Origin: an uncultured Planctomycetales bacterium
GTDB lineage: Bacteria; Planctomycetota; Planctomycetia; Pirellulales; JAEUIK01
Reading direction: 5' to 3'
Assembly (NCBI GenBank): GCA_938003525.1
Contig: CALKYM010000304.1
Span: forward strand, 29,287-93,286
DNA length: 64,000 bases
Shown: one piece after another, positions 1 to 8,435 of the stretch
How positions within the stretch are numbered: the stretch's first letter is position 1
Layout: the number at the start of each line of letters is the position of its first letter
Notes under the pieces: model-generated
What the model was told of the DNA's origin: nothing
Database searches by the model: none
The model's input: only the letters and a program-made list of their open reading frames with translations
Program-made: the position numbers and the translations under genes

Positions 1-952
1 GATATTCGCCCGGCTGGGCGCCTCCTTCGCGCGTGGTGAGATTCAAACGGTTGTAGCCGCTGGCGACGCGCTGCCAGAGCGAGGGCTCGGGCAAGAGATC
101 GCCTGCCAACTGTTCGGTTGTGAAGCGATCGAACGGCAGGTTGTCGTTGAACGCATCGATGACGTAGGTCCGGTAGGGCGCGTGGTCGCGGTGGTTGTCG
201 CCGTGAATGCCGTTTGTGTCGGCGTAGCGCACGAGGTCAAGCCAATAGGCGGCCATCCGCTCGCCGTAATGCGGCGAGGCCAACAGCCGCTCGACGAGAC
301 GTTCGTACGCGCCGGGATGTGAATCGTTGAGAAACGTCTCTACTTCGACTGGTGTCGGAGGCAGGCCAAGCAGGTCAAACGTGATCCGGCGAATCAGCGT
401 GCGACGATCGGCCGGGGGTGATGGCGATAGACTTGCGTCTTCCAATTGGGCCAGCACGAAGCGATCGATCGCGCCATTTGGCCACGCGGCATTCTGCACA
501 TCGGGGACTAAAGTGCGCCGCGGTGCAACTTGCGACCAGTGCGGTTCCCACTGGGCGCCTTGCTCGATCCAGGTCCGCAGCCGGGTGACTTCTGCGGCGG
601 AGAGTTCCGCGCTCCAGTCAGGTGGTGGCATGCGCTCGTCCGGATCGTCGGACGTCACGCGGCGGATCAGTTCGCTCGATTCCGGATCGCCGGGCACGAT
701 GGCCTGGTAGCCTCCCAAATCGGCGATTGCTCCGTCGGCCGTGTCGAGCCGCAAGTCGGTCGGCCGCGCCGCTTCATCGGGACCGTGACAGGCGAAACAG
801 CGCTCCGAGAGAATCGGGCGGACATCGCGGTTGAAGCGGAGGTTACTCTCAGGCCGGGCTTCGGCAGCTTGCGCTGCGCTCCACGAGCCGAGCACCAACA
901 GCAGGGTGCCGCAGCAGGGTCGCCTGATTCGATTTCGCATCGCGACGAACAT
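1..952 (-). CDS. PSCyt1/DUF1549/DUF1553-family planctomycete cytochrome-c-domain protein (N-terminal part; gene continues beyond the left edge)
   Basis: Absent from the ORF track because no stop lies inside the window. A reverse-strand ATG at 952-950 opens an uninterrupted frame to position 2. Signal peptide: MFVAMRNRIRRPCCGTLLLVLGSWSAAQA. Heme-c block: NLRFNRDVRPILSERCFACHGPD (CxxCH at nt 785-799). Further on: IDRFVLAQLED..RRTLIRRITFDLLGLPPTPVEVETFL..YGERMAAYWLDLVRYADTNG. This is the usual PSCyt1+DUF1549 layout. Confidence 0.8.
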   Translation of the reverse strand, partial: MFVAMRNRIRRPCCGTLLLVLGSWSAAQAAEARPESNLRFNRDVRPILSERCFACHGPDEAARPTDLRLDTADGAIADLGGYQAIVPGDPESSELIRRVTSDDPDERMPPPDWSAELSAAEVTRLRTWIEQGAQWEPHWSQVAPRRTLVPDVQNAAWPNGAIDRFVLAQLEDASLSPSPPADRRTLIRRITFDLLGLPPTPVEVETFLNDSHPGAYERLVERLLASPHYGERMAAYWLDLVRYADTNGIHGDNHRDHAPYRTYVIDAFNDNLPFDRFTTEQLAGDLLPEPSLWQRVASGYNRLNLTTREGGAQPGEY

Positions 953-1043
953 GCTCACAGTCTACGCGTCGCTGCCAGAGGTCGCCAAACAGGCTCCAGG
1001 CGCCAACGACGAGAAAGCGCAAAAATGGGGTTGAGCTTTCGCC

Positions 1044-2084
1044 TTACTGTTCGACCGTCGATGGCGATGTGTCGAGATTGAACAGCGCGAGCATCTGCCC
1101 GGGAGTCAGCGGTTTCGCGCGGGAGTCTTCGTACGGTTCGGCTGCGAGGGCTGCAAGAAAACGGTTGGCCAAAAGAGCGTGGCCGATACGTGTGGGGTGG
1201 ATGCCATCGACAGTCAGCGCGACTTCGGCGTCAACGTGTTGCTCACCGATTTGCAGCGGCTCAGTGCGAATGGTCTCCCACCAGTCCCAGATCTCCATCA
1301 CGCCATAGCCGCGCTCGGCGGCGAGCGCGCGGATGCGTTCGTTCCAGACCCTGATGTTCGACCGCAGCCGCTCTCGCGCCGCTTTGTCTAACGGCGGAAC
1401 GTAGATCCCATTCGTGGCGACGGGCATCGAGCCCAGATCGCAGAGCGTGGCGAGGATCATCTTGACGTTCGTGCCGGCGGCCGCACGATCGAGCACCTCG
1501 GTGTAGCTCGCTGCCAAGTTTGCAATCGCATGTTTCGCCGCAGTGCTACCTGGTTCAAAGAGCGACCAGTTTCGCTCGGTTCGTCGATGGGCGAGGCTGC
1601 CCAAAACGCTGTTGCCACCGATCTCCAACAGGCCGTACTCGAACGCGCCCCCGTTGGCGGCCGCGCGAAACAACGAGACGGCCGGGGTGGTGAAGTGTGA
1701 CTTGCCGCGCAGCAGGTGCTGCACGTTCGCTCCGGCCAGCGCGAAGTTGTGCCGGTAGCTGCGCCCGCCAACCGCGCGGGGATCGGGCGGCTCGAAACTC
1801 TCCATCGGACCGAAGTCGACCAGCTTCGCTGCGGCCAACAGCTCGACCCAATTGGCCGCGTCGGGAACATGGATGCCCCACTCATCGCTGAAACTATCGC
1901 CCAGCACGCCGACGCGAATCGGCCCGGGCTGCGGATCGGCGGCTGGTGTGATCGCCGAAGAGAGAAAGGCCGCGATGTGCAGGGCCAGCAGCCACGAAAA
2001 CGCCGGTGGATTGCACGATGTACCTGCGTTTTGCACTGAGGAACCTATGAGGATATTGGCAGTGGTAGTTCGATGCTTCGGCAT
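1044..2084 (-). CDS. SGNH/GDSL-family hydrolase (lipase/esterase-like), exported
   Basis: 346-aa ORF with ATG at 2084. Hydrophobic N-terminus FSWLLALHIAAFLSSAITPAA. SGNH blocks: GVLGDSFSDEWG (block I Ser), EIGGNS, and VDGIHPT (Asp-x-x-His block V). Confidence 0.8.
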   Translation of the reverse strand: MPKHRTTTANILIGSSVQNAGTSCNPPAFSWLLALHIAAFLSSAITPAADPQPGPIRVGVLGDSFSDEWGIHVPDAANWVELLAAAKLVDFGPMESFEPPDPRAVGGRSYRHNFALAGANVQHLLRGKSHFTTPAVSLFRAAANGGAFEYGLLEIGGNSVLGSLAHRRTERNWSLFEPGSTAAKHAIANLAASYTEVLDRAAAGTNVKMILATLCDLGSMPVATNGIYVPPLDKAARERLRSNIRVWNERIRALAAERGYGVMEIWDWWETIRTEPLQIGEQHVDAEVALTVDGIHPTRIGHALLANRFLAALAAEPYEDSRAKPLTPGQMLALFNLDTSPSTVEQ

Positions 2085-2226
2085 TGCCAGGAAAACAGCG
2101 ACTCCTTCAGCCTAGTCGATCGACGGCCGTCGCGGCAGCGGCAAATATCGGTGCGTGAAACACAAGCGCCGCGCGGCTATAGTCGGGCACACGTAATGGT
2201 CGCCCGCAGGAAAGAGGAACTCACGA

Positions 2227-3807
2227 ATGCACACCGCGAAGCCGCGCCGGGATCTCAGCACGAGCCTCATACTCATTGCTGCGATGTGGGACCTGTGTAG
2301 CGCAGCACCGGTCGTGGCGGCCGACACGCGACCCAACATTCTGTTCATCTTCTGCGACGATCATGCTTCGCACGCGATCAGTGCGTATGGATCGCAGATC
2401 AACAGCACGCCCAACATCGATCGGCTGGCCAGCGAAGGGATGCTGTTTCGTAATTGTTTTTGCACCAATTCGATCTGTGCCCCCAGCCGCGCGGTCGTGC
2501 TCACCGGCAAGCACAGCCACCAGAACGGTGTGATCGATAATCGCGTCTCGTTCGACGGGACGCAACAACACGTGGGCAAGCTGTTGCAGGCTGCCGGCTA
2601 TCAAACGGCCATGATCGGCAAGTGGCATCTCAAGAGCGACCCGACGGGCTTCGACTACTGGCGCGTGCTGCCGGGGCAGGGGGCCTACTACAACCCGGTG
2701 ATGCGCACGGCAGCGGGCCGCGAACAGCACACCGGATACACGACCGACGTGATCACCGACATCGCCCTGGAGTGGCTGGCCGACGAGCGCGATCCCGAGA
2801 AGCCGTTTCTGCTGATGTACCAGCACAAGGCGCCGCATCGCGAATGGGCGCCGGGGCCCGATCACCTGGGGCTGTGGGAAGGCGAAGACCTTCCCGAGCC
2901 GGCGACGCTGTTCGACAACTATCAGAATCGAACCAGCGCGGCGCAGACACAGACGATGACCATCCGCGAGCATCTCAACCAGCGCGACTTGAAGTTCGTG
3001 CCGCCGCGCAATCTCACCGACGAGCAACTCTCCGCCTGGAACGCGGCTTACGGCCCTGCCAACGAGCGGTTCGAAAACGCCAACCTGGAAGGTCGCGACC
3101 TGATCCGCTGGAAGTATCAGCGGTACATCAAGGACTACTTACGTTGCATTGCCTCGGTCGACGACAACCTCGGTCGCGTGCTCGACTACCTCGACCGATC
3201 GGGCCTGAGGCAAAACACCGTGGTGATCTACAGCTCCGACCAGGGTTTCTATCTGGGCGACCACGGATGGTTCGACAAGCGTTGGATGTACGAAGAATCG
3301 CTGCGGATGCCGCTCATCGTCCGCTGGCCGGGAGTCGTCGCTCCCGGCAGCGAAGACGAGCACCTGGTGCAGAACCTCGACTTTGCGGAAACGTTTCTCG
3401 AGATCGCGGAAGCGGACGTGCCCGACGACATGCAGGGCGAGAGCCTGGTGCCGATCTTGCGCGGCGAAGAGCCCGACGATTGGCGGGATTCGATTTACTA
3501 CCAGTACTACGAGTGGCCTGGCGCCCACAGCGTGCAGCGCCATTACGGCGTGCGAACCGATCGCTTCAAGCTGATCTACTACTATCTGATCGACGAGTGG
3601 GAGCTGTTCGATCTGGAAAACGATCCGGATGAACTGAAGAGCGTCTATGACGATGCAGCGATGGCCGATGTGGTGACGAGATTGAAGCGCGAACTCGACC
3701 GGCTACGCCAACATTACGGAGCCGACGAGTTCCCCGAACCGCCCGTGCCGGAGCGCAATGCGTTGCAGAGTGGCTTCGAAGTGGCCCCAGATCTCGCTGG
3801 CGACTGA
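2227..3807 (+). CDS. Sulfatase (formylglycine-dependent, arylsulfatase/N-sulfoglucosamine-type)
   Basis: 526 aa with ATG start and a signal peptide. [11 protein letters not shown] metal-binding block. [13 protein letters not shown] carries the C-x-P-x-R formylglycine motif. GKWHL block is present. Confidence 0.9.
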   Translation: MHTAKPRRDLSTSLILIAAMWDLCSAAPVVAADTRPNILFIFCDDHASHAISAYGSQINSTPNIDRLASEGMLFRNCFCTNSICAPSRAVVLTGKHSHQNGVIDNRVSFDGTQQHVGKLLQAAGYQTAMIGKWHLKSDPTGFDYWRVLPGQGAYYNPVMRTAAGREQHTGYTTDVITDIALEWLADERDPEKPFLLMYQHKAPHREWAPGPDHLGLWEGEDLPEPATLFDNYQNRTSAAQTQTMTIREHLNQRDLKFVPPRNLTDEQLSAWNAAYGPANERFENANLEGRDLIRWKYQRYIKDYLRCIASVDDNLGRVLDYLDRSGLRQNTVVIYSSDQGFYLGDHGWFDKRWMYEESLRMPLIVRWPGVVAPGSEDEHLVQNLDFAETFLEIAEADVPDDMQGESLVPILRGEEPDDWRDSIYYQYYEWPGAHSVQRHYGVRTDRFKLIYYYLIDEWELFDLENDPDELKSVYDDAAMADVVTRLKRELDRLRQHYGADEFPEPPVPERNALQSGFEVAPDLAGD

Positions 3808-3838
3808 TACGTCGAATCGCCGCCACCGTCACTCAGAT

Positions 3839-3864
3839 CGGTCACGGTCTCCTGACCGTGACCG
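3839..3864. terminator. Perfect 11-bp GC-rich hairpin between convergent genes (candidate bidirectional terminator)
   Basis: cggtcacggtc-tcct-gaccgtgaccg, an exact inverted repeat. It lies 32 nt after the sulfatase stop (3805-3807). No U-tract follows. Confidence 0.35.
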
Positions 3865-3901
3865 AATGCCTGAAACCACGGGAGACCTGCGGTCGGCTAT
3901 G

Positions 3902-3929
3902 TGTGTCGCGGTCGTGAGACCGCGACACA
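3902..3929. terminator. Perfect 12-bp hairpin between convergent genes (candidate bidirectional terminator)
   Basis: tgtgtcgcggtc-gtga-gaccgcgacaca, an exact inverted repeat. It lies 48 nt beyond the stop of the minus-strand oxidoreductase (3977-3979). No U-tract. Confidence 0.35.
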
Positions 3930-3976
3930 ACACAGTCTGGAGACGGCGGCACATCGTCATTGATGTTCGCCAGCCG

Positions 3977-5308
3977 CTACAGCGACGCGATGTCGGGCAG
4001 TACCCAGGGTGCACGGTATTCGGGCCGTGTGCGGTAGAGGTTGGCTTCGTCGTCGCCCTTGAAGGTGTACGTCTCCGCATCGAACTCGAGCGTGCGGCCG
4101 GCGCGCCAGGCGGCGTTGCCGAGATGGCAGAGCACACTGGCGGGATGTCCGACCGTCTCCAGATCGGCTGCGGGACGCGCGCGGGTGCGCATGCAGTCGA
4201 TGAAGTTCTGGGCGTGCACAGAGTCGGCGTAGTCGCCGCGATCCTCGGCGAGCGGCTCGTCGCGAAGCCCAAAGGCCCGCCAGCGGCGATTGCCCAGCAC
4301 CAGATAGCCGTTCTCTCCGTAGACGGCCGCGCCTTCGGGCTCGCCGTGCAAGGGATAGCCGCTCCAGATCCGCAGCTCGTAGTTCAGCAGGCCGTCGGGG
4401 TACTCGAAGCTGGCGAGTAGATTGTCGGGCCACTCCTGCGCGTCGTCGAAGTAGTGCTTGCCCCCGGTGGCTGAGACTTTCGTCGGGAAGTCCGGCAGCG
4501 GCTGTTGGCCGGCGGCGCGGCGGGCTTCGTCGAAGGCCCAACGGGCGTAGTCCAGCCGATGCACGCCATCGTTACCCAGATCGCCGGTGCCGTAATCGAA
4601 GAACCAGCGCCAGTTGCCATGGTAACGCATGGGGTTAAAGGCTCGCTTCGGAGCCGGTCCCAGCCAGGTGTTGTAGTCGACGCCCTCGGGCGGTTCGCTG
4701 TCCGGCGGATTGCCGATCGATCCCTGGCGACCGCTCTCCCAGGCTTTGGCCCAGTGCACGCGTCCCAATGCGCCGCCGCGAATGAACTCTATGGCTCGCA
4801 ACATGTGCGGACTGCTGCGGGATTGGGTTCCCAACTGCACGATACGTCCGTACTTTTTCGCCGCCGCGACCATCGTGCGGCCTTCAATCAGATTGTGTCC
4901 GTCGGGCTTCTCGACGTACACGTCCTTGCCCGCCTGAGCGCCGTGGATGGTGGGCAGCGCGTGCCAGTGGTCGGGGGTTCCGAGCACGAGTGCATCGATG
5001 TCCGCATCATCCAGCGCGCGGCGATAGTCGGCGATGCGCTCGGGCCGTTGACCGGTGCGGCTTTCCAGTTCGGCAGTGCGGTTGTTCAGCACGCTCTGGT
5101 CGATGTCGCAGACGTATTTGACGGTCACGTCCGGCAGATCGGCGAACGTGTTGAGCAGGTTGTTACCCCGGCCGCGCACACCAACCACGGCGACGGACAC
5201 CTTGTCGTTGGGCCCGACGGCGCGGGCACGTCGTTGGAGAAGGGCCGAACTGCCGGCCACCGCGATGCCCGTGGTCACCGTCTGTCGCAGGAAGTCTCGT
5301 CGTCTCAT
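3977..5308 (-). CDS. Gfo/Idh/MocA-family NAD(P)-dependent oxidoreductase with Tat signal
   Basis: The track ORF starts at GTG 5317. An ATG at 5308 is preceded by GAAGGAG and gives MRRRDFLRQTVTTGIAVAGSSALL (twin-arginine signal). Rossmann block: VSVAVVGVRGRG. GTPDHWH is a typical Gfo/Idh/MocA block. Confidence 0.9.
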   Translation of the reverse strand: MRRRDFLRQTVTTGIAVAGSSALLQRRARAVGPNDKVSVAVVGVRGRGNNLLNTFADLPDVTVKYVCDIDQSVLNNRTAELESRTGQRPERIADYRRALDDADIDALVLGTPDHWHALPTIHGAQAGKDVYVEKPDGHNLIEGRTMVAAAKKYGRIVQLGTQSRSSPHMLRAIEFIRGGALGRVHWAKAWESGRQGSIGNPPDSEPPEGVDYNTWLGPAPKRAFNPMRYHGNWRWFFDYGTGDLGNDGVHRLDYARWAFDEARRAAGQQPLPDFPTKVSATGGKHYFDDAQEWPDNLLASFEYPDGLLNYELRIWSGYPLHGEPEGAAVYGENGYLVLGNRRWRAFGLRDEPLAEDRGDYADSVHAQNFIDCMRTRARPAADLETVGHPASVLCHLGNAAWRAGRTLEFDAETYTFKGDDEANLYRTRPEYRAPWVLPDIASL

Positions 5309-5399
5309 GGTCTGCACTCCTTCTGCTCATGATCAGCGCCGCATGGCCACGAAACCTCTTCGCCGGGCCGCCCCGATGCCGAGCAGTATACGCCGTCGG

Positions 5400-7037
5400 C
5401 TAGCGTTCGCCTTGCTGCCGGTATTCGTACGTGACGTCTCCGGATACGTCGTGAAAGCGGAACGTAATGGTCGGCCGCTCATCCTCGCGGGTCACGGCGA
5501 CGCTCAAGTAACCACCGATCACGCGATGATAGGGCTGTTTCTGCATGTCGTGGCCGGGCGTGCCGCCGGCGTGTTCGTCGCAGACCGGTCCGCAGGAGAA
5601 CTCACGCAGGCGGGTGTCGGGATCGACCGACATGTATTGCCAGTGGCGGTCGCCGCAACAGATGAAGAAATTCGTTAGGCCCTGTTCTTGTGTCCAGCGG
5701 CGAAAGGCGTTGCCCTCATACGTGAAGGCCTCGTTCGCGTGATTGTCCTGTTTGTTCGCGCGATCGGGTCCTACGATCGGCGTGGGGCTGATCAGCACCC
5801 GAAACGCTGCATCGCTTTCGAGGATCGTCCGCTGGAGCCACTCCCGCTGTTCGGTTCCCCAAATCGACTTGTCCGGACCGTCAGGATCCGTGTTGGGACT
5901 GCGAAAGTCGCGCCCTTCGACGACCCAGATCTGCAGTCCGCTGCCCCAGCGGATCGTGCGATACGGCTCGTCGCCGATGGGCACCTGTTCGCGAAAGATG
6001 CGCAGGCCATCTTCCCAGGTGAGCGGCAGCATCCAGGCTGGCTCGAGCGTCGACCAGCCATCGTTGCTGAGCGTGTCGTGGTCGTCCTTCTCCCAGTAGC
6101 CGGGCACATAGCGATGGAACTCGACGAGCCGGGGCAGCGAATACATGCGATGCCAATGGTGGCGAGCCAGGTCGATCGTCCGCGCCCGCGGCTGTTCGCT
6201 GTCGTAATAGACCGTATCGCCGGTGGGGACGATGAACTGCGGATCGTCCGCCAGCATGGCGTCGTAAATCTTGAAGCCGGCCGGATCGTCCAGATCGTGA
6301 TACGCCTGACCGGTGACGACGGTGAAGCGGACGTCTTGCCAGGCGTCCGACAGAGCAGCAGTGATGAAGCTGCCGTCGATGCGAGCCGTTGCTCGTTCTG
6401 CTCCCACGGGTCGCGCCTCGACGCGCACGTAGTAGCGTGTCGCGGGCTCGAGATCTGTCAATTGGTGCTGCCGTATGTAATCGTTCTCCGAATCGACCGC
6501 TAACCAACCGCTGTCTTGTGCCTCCCGGAACTCCGCATCTTGCGACCATGTGAATCGCAGCTCGCCCCTCGCGCCGGGAACAGCGCCTTGCAACTCGTCG
6601 ACGGGAAACGGTAGCGGTTCGTACTTAGGAACCCTTGCCCCGGCGCGTCCAATGAGGCGACGGCCGGACTCATTGCGCGTGGCATCCTTGGTGACGCGCG
6701 ACCAGATGATGGCCGACGATTGCGTGACCTCGCCCACGCGCATCCCCATGGCGAGATGCACTTCGTCGGCAGCCGCACGAGAACAGTTGCCCAAATCGAA
6801 CAGGAACAGCAGAGCCACCAGGGTGCGACTGGCGGCTCTCAGTTGGCCGGCGAAATTGTGCGCGCCGTCATGGCGCGAGCGATGCGAGAATGATGTACTC
6901 ACGATGATGCCATATCTCGGTTTGGGCGTTGTGTATTCGTCGAAGGTCCAGCAACGGTCTCCCCCGCACAGGAGGGACAAGCCAACATGAGTTTGGAACG
7001 GATCGTGGGCGACTGCAACTTTTGCGGAAGCGGACAT
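5400..7037 (-). CDS. PhoD-like metallophosphatase (alkaline phosphatase D family)
   Basis: PhoD N-terminal-type beta-sandwich region (TRYYVRVEA) followed by a metallophosphatase core: VVTGQAYHDLDD, VPTGDTVYYD, WEKDDHD, CCGDRHWQY. The start is uncertain: ATG 7037 is the track start, and GTG 6902 would give a shorter form with a hydrophobic segment TLVALLFLF. No clear RRxFL Tat motif is seen. Confidence 0.8.
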   Translation of the reverse strand: MSASAKVAVAHDPFQTHVGLSLLCGGDRCWTFDEYTTPKPRYGIIVSTSFSHRSRHDGAHNFAGQLRAASRTLVALLFLFDLGNCSRAAADEVHLAMGMRVGEVTQSSAIIWSRVTKDATRNESGRRLIGRAGARVPKYEPLPFPVDELQGAVPGARGELRFTWSQDAEFREAQDSGWLAVDSENDYIRQHQLTDLEPATRYYVRVEARPVGAERATARIDGSFITAALSDAWQDVRFTVVTGQAYHDLDDPAGFKIYDAMLADDPQFIVPTGDTVYYDSEQPRARTIDLARHHWHRMYSLPRLVEFHRYVPGYWEKDDHDTLSNDGWSTLEPAWMLPLTWEDGLRIFREQVPIGDEPYRTIRWGSGLQIWVVEGRDFRSPNTDPDGPDKSIWGTEQREWLQRTILESDAAFRVLISPTPIVGPDRANKQDNHANEAFTYEGNAFRRWTQEQGLTNFFICCGDRHWQYMSVDPDTRLREFSCGPVCDEHAGGTPGHDMQKQPYHRVIGGYLSVAVTREDERPTITFRFHDVSGDVTYEYRQQGER

Positions 7038-7140
7038 ATCGGCTGCTCATCGATGGTGCGCGCCGGGGGCTCGGTGTACGCTACGAAAGATTCACCATCC
7101 TCGCCTCTGGTTGTCCAGAGCCCGCCGCGAGCCTCCCTCG

Positions 7141-8265
7141 ATGCTGCACAACCACGTCCTACGCCGGGCCACAATGCTTACGACCTTCTTGCTCGCCGCA
7201 TCCATCACGACTGCGGCCGACGCTGGACCGTGGACCGTCTACCTTCGCGGTACGTCGGGCTTGGGCGCGACGGCTATCGACCAGAACGGTCAGTCGTTCG
7301 GCGTCGGCGGACTGAGCGGGATCACCTATCTCGGCGGCAATTCGTACGCCGCGGCGATGGACAACTCGGGCAAAGTCGTCCTGATTGATGTCGACTTGAA
7401 TACCGACGGCACGATCCTCTCGGCTCAGATAACCGGTGGTCTGTCGCTGGCGACGACGCATGACTTCGAGAGCATCGCGTACACGGGCGCTGCGAGTAAC
7501 ACCGTCTATCTGGCTGAAGAGAGCACGCCGGGAGTTCGCGAGTACAGTCTGGCAACCGGTGCGGAGTTACAGTCGCTGGCCGTGCCGGCCGTGTTTGCCA
7601 ACATGGCGAACAATCGCGGCTTCGAGTCGCTCACCATCGACGCGTCCACTTCCGAGCTGTGGACCGCGAACGAAGAGGCGCTGACGGTCGACGGCGGATT
7701 GGCCACGCAATCAAGTGGGACAACGGTCAGACTCCTGCGCTATGTGTCGTCGGGCAACAGTTTCGCGCCCGCGGAGCAGTTTGCGTACGAGGTCGAACCG
7801 CTACACGCCCCGCCAGTGACCGGCTCCCGTAGTGGGCTCGTCGATCTGGTCACATTGCCGGATGGCGAACTGTTGGCGCTGGAACGTTCGCTGGCGCTGT
7901 CTTCGACCGAGGGCCTGTTCAAGAGCAGCCTGTTCTCGATCGACCTGACGGGCGCCAGCGACGTCAGCGCACTGAGCGGGGGACTGCAGGGCCAGACGTT
8001 TACACCGGTCGCGAAGAGCGAGCTCTGGTCGGGTGTGGTCAGCGGCGCGGGCATGAACATGGAGGGCCTGACGCTGGGACCGGCTTTGGGCAACGGCCGC
8101 TGGGCCCTGTTGGGCATCGTCGACAATGGCGATCCCCTCAGCACCAATAGCGTGGTGGCGTTCGAACTGGTCGCGGTGCCGGAGCCCTCCACTGGCGGTT
8201 TGGCGCTGCTGGCAATCTTGCTCAGTTGGGGCCACGCGCGAGGCCAGCCGTCTCGCAGCGGGTGA
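7141..8265 (+). CDS. Phytase-like esterase family protein ('esterase-like activity of phytase') with PEP-CTERM sorting signal
   Basis: The track start at 7111 is TTG. ATG 7141 gives MLHNHVLRRATMLTTFLLAASITTAADA, a signal peptide. Body blocks: GLSGITYLGGNSYAAAMDNSG, FESIAY, RGFESLTI, LWTANEEAL, SGLVDLVTLPDGELLALERS. The C-terminus is VAVPEPSTGGLALLAILLSWGHARGQPSRSG: a PEP motif (nt 8179-8187), a TM helix and a basic tail. Confidence 0.75.
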   Translation: MLHNHVLRRATMLTTFLLAASITTAADAGPWTVYLRGTSGLGATAIDQNGQSFGVGGLSGITYLGGNSYAAAMDNSGKVVLIDVDLNTDGTILSAQITGGLSLATTHDFESIAYTGAASNTVYLAEESTPGVREYSLATGAELQSLAVPAVFANMANNRGFESLTIDASTSELWTANEEALTVDGGLATQSSGTTVRLLRYVSSGNSFAPAEQFAYEVEPLHAPPVTGSRSGLVDLVTLPDGELLALERSLALSSTEGLFKSSLFSIDLTGASDVSALSGGLQGQTFTPVAKSELWSGVVSGAGMNMEGLTLGPALGNGRWALLGIVDNGDPLSTNSVVAFELVAVPEPSTGGLALLAILLSWGHARGQPSRSG

Positions 8266-8435
8266 CCGCCGCTCGGTTCGCAACGAGCGGTGTTTTCTTT
8301 TGCGACGCACGCGCACGGCCGTAGAGGCGGTTCACCAAGCTCAGGTGGCAACGCCCTGGTGGCTGTCTTACAATCCGCTGCATTGTACGCCCTCAAGCGC
8401 GCCCCCGTCCCACCTCTTTCTGCGAGGAGCCCGGC

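Noticed and set aside
5400-7037. Possible N-terminal truncation/pseudogenisation of the PhoD-like gene because no Tat RRxFL motif is visible
   Set aside because: The frame is intact over all catalytic blocks. The uncertainty concerns only the start codon (ATG 7037 versus GTG 6902). There is no evidence of disruption.
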